Assembly (NCBI GenBank): GCA_002269645.1
Contig: NIVC01000006.1
Coordinates: forward strand, 620,001 to 684,000
Length of the DNA: 64,000 bases
Direction of reading: 5' to 3'
Source: Macrostomum lignano
Taxonomy: Eukaryota
The position numbers and the translations under genes were made by a program. Of the stretch, positions 1-10,314 are shown in pieces (within the stretch, counting starts at the first letter, position 1; every line of letters begins with the position of its first letter). The notes below the pieces were generated by a model. That model was not told where the DNA came from. It did no database searches and worked only from the letters and a program-made list of their open reading frames with translations.

Positions 1-24
1 ATTCCATATTTCATCTATTCCCAG

Positions 25-470
25 TTGACTCACAATCTCACTCAATTTCAATTCCCATCTCACTCAATTTCCATTCCCATCTCACTCACTTTCTATTCCC
101 ATCTCACTCACTTTCAATTTCCATCTCACTCAATTTCCATTCCCATCTCACTCACTTTCCATTCCCATCTCACTTACTTTCCATTCCCATCTCACTCAAT
201 TTCTATTCCCATCTCACTCACTTTCAATTTCCATCTCACTCAATTTCCATTCCCATCTCACTCACTTTCCATTCCCATCTCACTTACTTTCCATTCCCAT
301 CTCACTCAATTTCTATTCCCATCTCACTCACTTTCCATTCCCATCTCACTCAATTTCCATTCCCATCTCACTCAATTTCCATTCCCATCTCACTCAATTT
401 CCATTCCCATCTCACTCAATTTCCATTCCCATCTCACTTACTTTCCATTCCCATCTCACTCACTTTCCGC
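25..470. repeat. 22-bp minisatellite (CCCATCTCACTCAATTTCCATT)n, about 20 copies
   Basis: Direct tandem repetition; a second copy lies at ~22770-23215 as part of the segmental duplication. Confidence 0.95.
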
Positions 471-849
471 TCTTATCTCCCACTCCCCATCTCCCACTTC
501 CCACGCCCTCACTGGTCATTCAAGAACGCAAATACTACATAACTGAAACTAGCGATTGAAACGCTATTAAGCAATTTTTAGCGATTTCTGAATACAAAAA
601 GTTAATAAAAGCAAAAGTTAAAAGCTTCTTCTTCGTAAAATATGCCTTTCTTCTACAATGCCAACGGGGATCTCATGCAAACACCAAAGCTTTGTGGGTT
701 TTAATCGGTTTGCAGGTCTGTAAATATACTTACTGTTTTTCTGCTTCTTGTACTTATTTTTGTATCGCGAATGCCATTCGCCCGCGCCCTGCATTTCCTT
801 CATGCATAGCATCTATTCCCATCTTTTTTGGCTACAAATCACCCATCCA

Positions 850-1140
850 CCATGTCTAATCTCCGATCTCCCACGTCTAATCTCAAATCTCGCATATCTA
901 ATCTAAGATCATCCACGTCTAATCTCAAATTGCTATGTCTAATCTCCGATCTACTATATCTAATCTACGATCTACCATATCTAAACTCCAATCTCCCAAA
1001 TATAATGTCTAATCTTCCATATTTAAACTCAGATCTCTCATATCTAATCTTCGACCTTTTATATGAAATCTCCGATCTCCCTGGTCTACAATCTAATCTC
1101 ACTTATCTCACTCTTGAGATCTCGTGCAATCTTCACTTCT
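850..1140. repeat. Degenerate low-complexity repeat (TCTAATCTC-like, ~7/21-bp periodicity)
   Basis: Recurrent tctaatctc/atctaat words; duplicated at ~23595-23885. Confidence 0.6.
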
Positions 1141-2940
1141 CTCAATCTTCAACACCAGCCTACTCATTTCGCATATCCTCTGTATTTTTCCTGTTCTCTT
1201 GGGTGAGGTCTATTTTTGTGAGCAAGTGAATGCTGGAAACTGCGCTCAAACAAACGCCCACAGTTCGGATCAATGTAAACATCAGGTAAATTTAAACTTG
1301 CTCAGAGCAAACACTGAAGGCTACGCGCCAGCACCTGGCACATTTTTTCTCGCGATTAACGTGTTAGTGGAAACTCAAATTACAAATGTCAGGACGAAAT
1401 TTATTAAGGTGAGTTGGCAATAATTTGATAAATATTGCAAGGAACTAACCTAGATATTTAGTTCTCTTACCCCCGATGACTCATGTGATGACTCATTTCC
1501 TATTAATTTTTCACCCACATGAATCGCTGCACTATTGTAGGGGTTCACTGAAGTGCGATGCACTCAACGAACTCTTGATCCTTCAAGCTACGAGTACATT
1601 CCGACGTTGGATTGCTTTACGAGCTTCCCCCCCCAATCACGTGACCTCTCATTATGCGCACGCATCTTGATTTTATTAGCCAATCACAGTTTGCGCCGGT
1701 CAAGGACGCATCAAGGCCTCTGTGTTCACGCATTGCACGAATGCAGTTTTCCACTCTTTCTGACCCCCGGCCCACTCCATCCACAGCAGAAAGCCGTGCA
1801 TAACGTATACTTTAAGTAGCTTACATGCAAAAAAGATGAGGGCTTTTAAAAAAGAGGAAATAAAGTAACAATTTTAATGGAACATTCAATTTCAATAAAC
1901 TAGCGATATACTTTTCTATCTGCCTGTGAGATTCAGGGATATTTTAAACAAATATTGATCGAACACGGACAGATGAAGTAGAAGGATGCTAAAATCGATT
2001 TTGTAAAAAAATTATCGAGCTGGATGGAGGCAGGTAAGGAAACGGTGTATTTGTAGTATCGCTGACACATTTAGTACACTCAAGAGAAATCGAACCCCTA
2101 CTTAGCGCTATGCATTCTAACCAGCGATATTTTGAATACTAAAAAATTTGGCGCGTTTTTTTTGAAGAAAAATACTTGGCAAGTTTTGGTAATGGCAATT
2201 TTCTGCGAAAATTTACATAACAAACAGCCAATGCAAGCGTATAGAAACTGGTTAAGTTCATATCTACGCTTGTAAGTGGTTGCTAATGAAAAGAAAATAT
2301 CAACTATGAATTCTATAGAATTTTTTATCAGTTCGCGCATATAGCTCAAATACAAGACAAATTAAAAAAGTTTAAAAAAATCTCTGCCAACTATAGTTAC
2401 CATCACTGCAACACTACTATCCTACAGTAGCATAAATAGAGTGTTACAATCTCTTTTTGTTGAGAAAATAAAGAAATGTAGTAAGTTAAAGTAGTGGATA
2501 GCGGTTTCAGCGAAAGGTTTATATAGAATTAAGAATACCATCACGCGTTTGTTTATCAAAATAAACTTCAAAGATCTGAGTGAAAAACTGAGACAATCTC
2601 TGAGTTCAATTAGTCTGAATATTTTATGAAGCTGCAGATATTACTGTCAGAACCATTTGTGTCTATACCATTTAATATATATTATTTTGAAATTGAAATT
2701 CTGTCTTAGAATCATTTCATTTAAACAAAAATGATGTGTAGTTTCCTGCTTCGGTACAATTTTTACTGGCGGAGCTGCATAATAGGCGCCTTTCTTTACT
2801 CTATTGAAGTTAGTTTAGTCTGTCTTGTCAGTCTACAAGCTGAGTATACTAGTATGAACATTTCTTTAGTATCTATGGCTGCAAATCATCATATCGAGAT
2901 CACATTGATGTACTTTTAGTTTGGACTTATCACGTCAACG

Positions 2941-5900
2941 TCAGGCTGCATTCTGCCGCATGCCCAAAGTCGGATACTTCAGCGGCCTTCGGATGGTCAG
3001 CTCGCAGCAGGGCACCTGTTGTCCATTGCTCCGATCGAGCACCCTGTTGATCACTCGGGGCACAACGGCGGTGAACTCTTCGCGATCCTGATTGAAATCA
3101 TCAGCCACCACTGAGCACAACTGCTGCGTGAACAAGCCGCCACTTTCCGGGTGTCGGCCGCTCAATCGTCCAGGCGATGTGCTATAAAAGTACATGCAGT
3201 CTTCCAAAGACACCTGATTGACCTGTTGAAACAGGCGGTGATTTGCTGGCGCGTCGCGGCAGGATTGAATAAAAAACAACTTTGGTTTGTCCTTCAGCTG
3301 CTGGCAGAGCTGGAACTTTGAGTAGATAAGCTGGAGAGCCACTTGTCTTCCATCGTGAGAGTAGATAAAATCGTGACCGCCGTGGCTCATGAGGCACACA
3401 ATGATGGCTTTGGAGTTTCTCAGCTCCTCTTCCGAGCAGATATTGGCAGGCAGGTGGTCGAAAAAGTGCGCGTTAACGTTTTGTACCTGCCTGCAGTCGA
3501 AGCCGAGGGAGGTAAAGCAGTGGTAAAGCGCGTTTTCGGCCATATCCGCCATGGAGCCCAGGCGTCGCGGCAGGTCCAGCCCAACGAAATCGTAGATGTT
3601 GATCACCAGAGCGATGCCCCGGTGGATGCCGTCCATGGGGTATGGCCCGGCTCTACTGGAGTCTTCCTGACCCCCAGTGGATTCGTTCGGTTCGCCGCCG
3701 CCCGTGGCGCCCTCTTCTTCTCGACCGCTTCCTCCGGGTCCGGAGCCCGAGGGGGGTGGCGGCTGGTCGCCGTTGCCTTGTTCGTCTTGTTCCATTGTGA
3801 CGCCTTGACTCGACAGGTTGGCTAGGCGCCGAATTCTGCAGTGAGGCGGTAAGTGAATGTGCGCTTGGTTATCGTGTCAGAATAGGTGACTTCACAAGGG
3901 TTGCTCAGGAGCCCTGGTACCATTCCCCTTCTTTCAGAAACGTACGAGCGTTACAATTTCTGCATCTCCTTTCCCAGCATGATTGTTTGTTTACGAAAAA
4001 ATTGTGCACAGCTGGAGCATCTTGTGCGGGTTAGTTTTGGTTGAACACTAAGAAGTAACGTGCGATAATCGATGCGAAATACCTTGTTCGTATTACTCGT
4101 AACACCAAGTACTCGTATTTAAAACAAGATTTTTTAAAGCGTCTTGGTGGTCGATGAACGTTAAATGTTTGCGCTGAAACTTTAACCAATCAAACTTACA
4201 ATTTCTCTAAAACCGTAGCGCACTCGTAGTGCTCGCAGAACTTCGCCCACTGCTGAGCGTTCATCTTCCGCTCGCCTTCCCTCCTGCAGAAGTCAGCGTC
4301 TGGTTTGTTTAGCCGCTGTCCCAGCTCAAGGAGAACGCTTTTGTGACCGCATCGAGCGGCCCAGATCAGAGGGGTGTTGCCGGAAAAGTCTGCCAGCTTT
4401 AAATTGGCACCTAGGTTGCACAGTTCGCGAGCTGTCAACTCCAATCCCAGCTTTGCGGCGTACAGGATTGCCGAGTATCGCATCGCATCCTGCAATGAAT
4501 TTCGTACTATCATTTTAAAGGGTTAGCTTGTGAAATCAGAGTCCGAAACTATCTTCTTTAAAATGGGCTCCCTGTGTATTTTTGGACGTCTAAGGCTGTA
4601 TCCATCATAGGGACGTTTTCGAAGTTGGAGCAGGTACGGGTATCTTGGTGCATTACTATTCAGTGTGATTGCATAGCACGATTGAACTACCTTTTGGTAC
4701 TACACTCTGTGTTGTCAATCTCAGTTATGTCAGCTTGATCGCGGCACAATGAAGATGAGGCCAATAAGTAAATTACTTCAAAGTTCGTCATCCGATCAAA
4801 GAGTCCTTCCAGCTCTTTCCATCTTGTCAGAAATCTCAAAAGACATGTTTGTCCGGACTGACTGACAAAAGCGTTCGATTAGAGTTTAGAGGATTAAAAC
4901 CACCATTTGTATCGATTTAAATACACGGGAACTGCTTTCGCCTTTCTGCCTCTGACGATAATATGAGTACATTAAACTCAATTGTAAATCAATAATTTTC
5001 TCAGTAAAGAAACTCATACCTGACGATTGATATCTGCTCCCATATTGACGAGCGGCTCCAGAACGTCTGTGCGGTTATTTTTGGCCGCAAGAATCAGTGG
5101 CGTCTGACGTAGATTGTCCTCGGCATTGATTTCCGCCTTCAAAGCGCTCTCGTTACTTTTAAAAGCCTCGCTAAACGCCGCCAGTACACTCTTGTGTCCC
5201 TTGACGGCAGCCCAGCACAGGGCGGTCCGGCCCTGCACATCTTTTTCACCGATCTCCAAGGATTTTTTGAGCATCTCGCTGACGATCTCGTCCTTGCCTT
5301 TGATGCACGCAATCATCAGCGGAGTTTGTCTCATTGGCCCGAAAGTTTGTTTGCACTTTTCCGGAGTGTCGCTCCGCTCTAAGAGCTGCTGGTCCGACCA
5401 CTGGTCCGGTGATGCCGGCCTGAAATGGTTTAATAGTTAGCCTGTCTAGAATTGAATGTAGCGAGCATTCTGTAAGTCTTTTTAACACACTTGTCAGTCA
5501 CCAATTACACGAAGTACATGCAGCGTGCAATACGCTCTAGTTTTCTAATTAGTCATCTGTGAACAAAGCACAAGCTTTAAAATATTTTATTTAGCAAACC
5601 ATTATTTAAAGATATAATGCACATGCACTTACAGAGGTTCCTCAGTAAAGCCATCTAGGAAAAACTTCTTAGTCAGGCTGGTCACGGCTGACGCACCGGA
5701 ACCGAATCTCTCAGTTCCCCTCTTCATCGCGGCCAGGCCCAGGCGTCTGTTCACCTCTGCTACCACGGTCTCAATGTGCTCCTTGCTGAACTTCTCATCG
5801 CGAATGACGGAGCAAACTGTATCCGAAAGTGACCCGGTGCTGCCGCCACTGCACAGAAGAAATTCGTGCTCAGGCAGACGGAACGAGGACTCCTCCAGTG

Positions 5901-8473
5901 AGCAGGCCTCAAGGCCCTCCGGCTGCTTCTCTGTTTGAATGAAGAAGACCTTCGGCTTGTCCTTCAGACCGGGGCACTGGCTGGCTCGAAATCGGGCCAC
6001 GATGTCTCTGACTTCGATTTCTTCTCCGTCGCTGGCAAAGACGCTGCCACCAGTGCCGTGTCCGATGAGGAAGCACACGAAGCTGCTTATGTCAGCGAGA
6101 TCCTGCGAAGTTACCACATTGTCAATGCATCTCCAAAAATCTGTACACCGAGGATTGTTGTATTTCTCAACAATAAAACTGAGTTTTTTGAAAGCATCCT
6201 CTATGTTTTGAGCCTCGTTTTCGAGATTTTTTGAGGGTGGAAACGTCGAAGTGTCGCCGCATTGTTCCACGGTAATAATGAGGCACAACCCCTTTTCTCG
6301 AGTCGCCATCTCAAAAGTGTCGCTAGTAGACGACCTGTTTGGGATTAGAAAAAGCAACCTGTTTGTATTGCAGGGTGATTTGCAGATAAATTAACTTTAT
6401 TTGACACTCACGATGCGTCGGGCATTAGAGCAAGTTTTGCTCCGTCTTGTGGACTTTCTGTAGGTGTGCTTGGTTCGGATGGACCCGCAATGGCTGAAAG
6501 TTTAGGGGTACCGAGTATTTAGGACATTAGTTCATAAGTTGCTCTAATTATGCTCGATAACTCTAATTTATCAATCAAGCCTGGGTTAGTATATAGTGGC
6601 TTACCCCGTCCGTGAAGAAGAAACGGGTGTTTAAGAAGTTCAGTAGCCGACTTCCTTTGATCTCTTTTCTGAGCGGTGCAGTTTCGGTAGAAGTCCTTTA
6701 AAGTGTTCGGGCAATTGTCGGGCAGGGGTGGTGCTCCCTGGTTTTTAACCCTGCGAACGATGGCTAGCATGTTCTTGCAGTCCCGGTGAGGCCGGTCTCC
6801 AGTCACCATCTGGTAAATCACGCAGCCGAACGCCCAGATGTCGGAGGCGCAGCTGTACGGAGTGTCTTCCGTTCCCTCCGTCAGAAACAGCTCGGGCGCC
6901 ATGAACGCTGGATCGCCCTTTGGATTTCCAGTCACGTGATCAGAGGCCGACTCAACGAGTTGAACTGCCAAGCCAAAGTCGATTAGCTTAATACTTCTGT
7001 TATCTCCTAACACCATGATTGTGCGACAGTTCACGTCTCTGTGAATAATTATCCTTGGAGCCATTGTGTGAAGGTAAGATAGGGCGCTACAGATCTGGAA
7101 GGCAACAGGAATAAATTTGAAGCTGAATTCAATTATTCAGTAAATTTTTTCACAATTTTATCCTACCTGTTTTGCAAGCTGTGATACAGTGTCGTAGTCT
7201 AGCGGCTTGCATCTGTTGATGAAGCTCTCCAGTGTTTGGCCATCAATCAGCTCCATCGAGACCAAAACGGACGGCTCGGCTGTCACTAGCGACATGTCCA
7301 GAAACCGGACAATATTTTCATGTTCCAACTTACAAAGACGCTTCTCATCATTGAAAATTTCTTTTAACTTTCCAAGCTGCTGGTCCTGCTGCTGGTCCTC
7401 GCCCAGCTGTACAGGCAGTCGGATGACCTTCGCCGCCCGACGCTTGGTGCCCTGCTTCTCCACAATTTCCAGCACATCGCTGTGCGCGCCTCGGGCTATG
7501 TGTCGCTTCTTTATCCAGCCAGGAAAAACCTCGGCTTCCTCCGGGCTGAAAATCAATATAGAAATTATTGCACCATCTCGAAGATAGGGTCCATGAGAAT
7601 TGCCCGCAGACAAATTGCCCGCCGAGTTCCTCCCGCCGAGGTTTGCCCGCAATGCTTTTTTCCTGCAGCTCATTTACCCATTTGTCTGCATTGCATTCTC
7701 AATGCTTAGTACATGTAAATCTTAACAAAGAGATTTACGAGTACACGATCAAAACGTTTTGCATGATAGTAACTGCTTATCAAATGATTTTTTGGGGGGG
7801 GGGCAATGCAGACAGAATCTAGCTGCCAAATGCGCTGCAGTAAAAAAGCACTGCGGGCAAACCTCGGCGGGAAAAAACTCGGCGGGCAACTCGCTCGCGG
7901 GTAATTCACTAGCGGGCAAATTGCACTGCGGGCAAATCTCGGCGGACAATTCTCGGCGGGCAATTCTCGGCGGGCAAATCTCCTGCGGGCAAATCTCGGC
8001 GGGCAATTTGTCTGCGGGCATTTCTCGTGCTCCCGTGCGACGCTAAGCTACCCCAATCAGTCTTTTCGTATCTTTTATTTCAGAATCGTCCAAGAGAAAT
8101 TGCACGCTGGCGCATAGAGTGCGACTTTTCAATATGGCTGAGTATAAGTTAATTTAACTTTTAACATTTAAACTTGCTTGCTAAAGGCAGGGACGTAGCC
8201 AGGATTTCCGATTAGGGAGGCACGTCTGCTAGAAATTGGAGGCCCCAAGCGCCGGATTACATTAGCCCTAATAGCTCCGCCGGTCAAAGATTGAATAAAT
8301 AAATTTACAGTTCATTTAGAATTGATTTGAACAAAATAGCAATATTTGACCTGCGCAGCCAAGGATGACCAAAAAGACTTTGACAATTCTCCATTTAAAG
8401 TACGAGTTTGGAAACAATGCAACGAATTCACTAATCAACTCTGTATTAGTTAATACATTTACCAAGGCTGCAT
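2941..8473 (-). CDS. Gene A: 8-exon kinase-like / pseudo-caspase / ankyrin-repeat / caspase fusion protein, 1082 aa
   Basis: Exons (minus): 8473-8463, 7545-7167, 7094-6605, 6493-6412, 6334-5633, 5419-5020, 4489-4200, 3835-2941. Total 3249 nt; all introns GT..AG, phases 2,0,1,2,2,0,2, no internal stops. Kinase motifs AAK, HRDVNCRT, DFG, APE, SDIWAFGC. Pseudo-caspase IGHG..KPKVFFIQTEK. ANK motifs TPLMIAC, TALCWAA, TPLILAA, TPLIWAA. Caspase MSHG..KPKLFFIQSCRD. The 11-nt first exon (ATG CAG CCT TG|gtaaat) is the least certain part. Confidence 0.85.
7587..8034. mobile_element. MITE-like element with GGG...CCC termini in intron 1 of gene A
   Basis: Left gggtccatgagaattgcccgcagacaaattgcccgccgag is the near-perfect inverse of right ctcggcgggcaatttgtctgcgggcatttctcgtgctccc. 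The imperfect inverted repeat extends ~110 bp, with internal GCGGGCAAA subrepeats. Absent from copy A'. No clear TSD. Confidence 0.7.
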
Positions 8474-9195
8474 TTTGAGCAGAGTACAGGACTGGGGTCT
8501 CCTCAGGTAGAATTCTGTAGGCTTGGTCTTGACAACGAGAGCTTTGCAAGTAGATAGATTATGTAGACTGCGCTGTCTAGTTACTTGTAGACAGAGGGCC
8601 AAAATGGCGGGTGGAGGGGAGGAGGGAGGGTGGCATGAAACACATTGGAGTAATGCACGGGGCGGGCGGCCAGTCCTCTCTACCCGCATTTACCCTGCGC
8701 AGCACCAACCCCAGTGAGCGGCAGAAAGGCAGAAAACTGCATGCACAACTGTACAATACGGAAACAAGAGCTATGTGTATAGCCTTTATGGCGGATAGCT
8801 GAAAAAGCAAAAACTCTAAAGTACGTTTTTGTAATCGGGTCTGATATGGGTTCGGCTGAATTTGAAAAATGAAGACAAGATGAGCGACGCTACTAAAAGC
8901 GCTGCTGGTTTTGCAACGATATTGTAGCCTCTACGCCAAAGCACGTGACAAATGCTTTAGGGTATGAGAGCTCTTTAGTGCTGGAATGTACGCCAAAGAT
9001 ATGGTACCTTGTTCAGACTTCTTCCCTAGATGCACACTGTGTCAGACAGTGGTTAGGGCATATGAATAAAAATGAATAATGTGACAACCTCAAAATTGGG
9101 TTGCAGAAAATTACGCCAGTTTTCCAGCGTTAAGATTTGCTTAGTAGCGAAATCATTGTTGTAGGGCGATTAAATTAAACGAGAACTCCCTGTCC
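8474..9195. promoter_or_regulatory. Putative bidirectional promoter / 5' UTR region between divergent genes A and B
   Basis: Predicted start codons at 8473 (minus) and 9196 (plus). Purine-rich G-tract at ~8609-8635, GGGGCGGG at ~8659, CACGTG at ~8942. Conserved at 30795-31511. Confidence 0.45.
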
Positions 9196-10169
9196 ATGGC
9201 CGAAGGTTCTGAGCCAGGGTAAGAAATAAAACCAAAATTAACGCTTTTATCGAACTTTTTAAGCCATGTATTATTAATACTTTCAGATTTCAAATTGACT
9301 TAAATATAACAAACTTGCTTTTGCTTGCGATTCATTTTGGGATGTTCTAGGAATCGCTTTTGCCGCCTCAAAAAGACTATAGACCTTGAGCTTGCCCCAA
9401 GTGAATGTTGCATAATCTTCAAGCCCTTGCCAGTATCGATACCGTTGAATTGATCAAATATTGCACCATTTCGTAGGCTCTACGACGAGAAATGGGACAA
9501 GGTGAAGCTCCTCAGTCGAGGAGAGTTCGGCGAAGAGGTGCACGAGGTGCTCACCGACTTGAAGAATGCCTGCGCCGCTAAAACCATCCGCCTTCCAGTC
9601 ACCGAATCGCATCAGGAGTCGGGAGACTTAAAGAACATCGATCGCGTAGTGAAAACAACTCAACAGCTTTGCCGTCTGCGTCACGACAACATCATCCGTT
9701 TCTACGAAATCAAGCACAAGCAGTCGGAGTCAACCGTTGAGGTTCTGATGGAGCTGATCACCGACAAGACACTCGGCGAGTTCATTGGTAGTAAATGTCT
9801 GCCGGAAGAAAAAGCTAGGATTTTGTTAAAGCAGGTGAGTGATGATATTGAGCACATTGATCGTAGTATAATATCTCGAGATTACTTGCCTACTACTGAC
9901 GGGGGCGCAGGCGCCGCGATTGGGCAGCGAGTCCTCTATCGCAACCTCAAGGTAAAGGAGACCACTGTTTAACTTGAGGGTGCGCCCAGCCCCCGCCAGT
10001 AGTCGACAAGTTTGCAGAGGAGGCATCGGCATCGGCGACCCTCATCTCCGGGCCGATATCCCGGACAAAGGCGCGAAGGTCACAGATGTTGTCTGTGTCC
10101 CTGAGAATGCAAATCTCCCTGAGGTCGGTTCTGTTTTGCGAGATCAGATATTCCGAGACTTTCCTGTTT
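9196..10169 (+). pseudogene. 5'-only copy of gene B (exon 1 9196-9218, exon 2 9477-9834, part of intron 2), truncated at the duplication breakpoint
   Basis: Near-identical to 31512-32487. Encodes only the kinase N-lobe (SRGEFG, AAK); the sequence switches to Polinton DNA at 10170. Confidence 0.85.
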
Positions 10170-10309
10170 TCAAAGGAAATTGATGATCTAAATTTTCTTT
10201 TTACATTCAAGGGCAGAGAATTTTTATAGCGCAAATGTAAAGTAACTATGAGAAATTTTTGGTAAGGCAAAAATTTTCTGGCGAGATTAAGTAGTTGAAT
10301 TGCATCCAT
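10170..10309 (-). pseudogene. 5' stub of the next Polinton gene (position typical of the adenain-like protease), cut at the junction
   Basis: ATG lies 5 nt after the capsid stop (MDAIQLLNLARKFLPYQKFL...) and reads into host intron DNA past 10169. The protease identity is a positional guess only. Confidence 0.3.
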
Positions 10310-10314
10310 GTCAA

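Larger units (their letters stand above)
1..10169 (+). repeat. Segmental duplication, copy 1 (partner 22746-32487); left end runs off the window
   Basis: Position 1 (attccatatttcatc) matches 22746. Colinear similarity continues to ...ccgagactttcctgttt (10169 / 32487), then breaks abruptly. Confidence 0.95.

Noticed and set aside
25-546. His/Ser/Phe-rich ORFs (also 22419-23291, 16320-16820, 17696-18047, 39062-39379)
   Set aside because: Products of tandem repeats.
3343-3825. Antisense ORFs overlapping the caspase, kinase, GPCR and capsid exons (many in the track)
   Set aside because: Shadow ORFs of GC-rich coding sequence with no recognisable motifs.
6335-6360. Upstream alternative acceptor at 6358 for the pseudo-caspase exon
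   Set aside because: It is also in frame (adds 8 aa), but the 6334 site has the better pyrimidine tract and branch point; it cannot be excluded without cDNA.
2941-7673. Five separate small genes or a prokaryote-style operon (kinase, kinase, caspase-like, ankyrin, caspase)
   Set aside because: ORF ends coincide with GT donors and starts with AG acceptors; the phases chain into one frame and are conserved in the paralogs.
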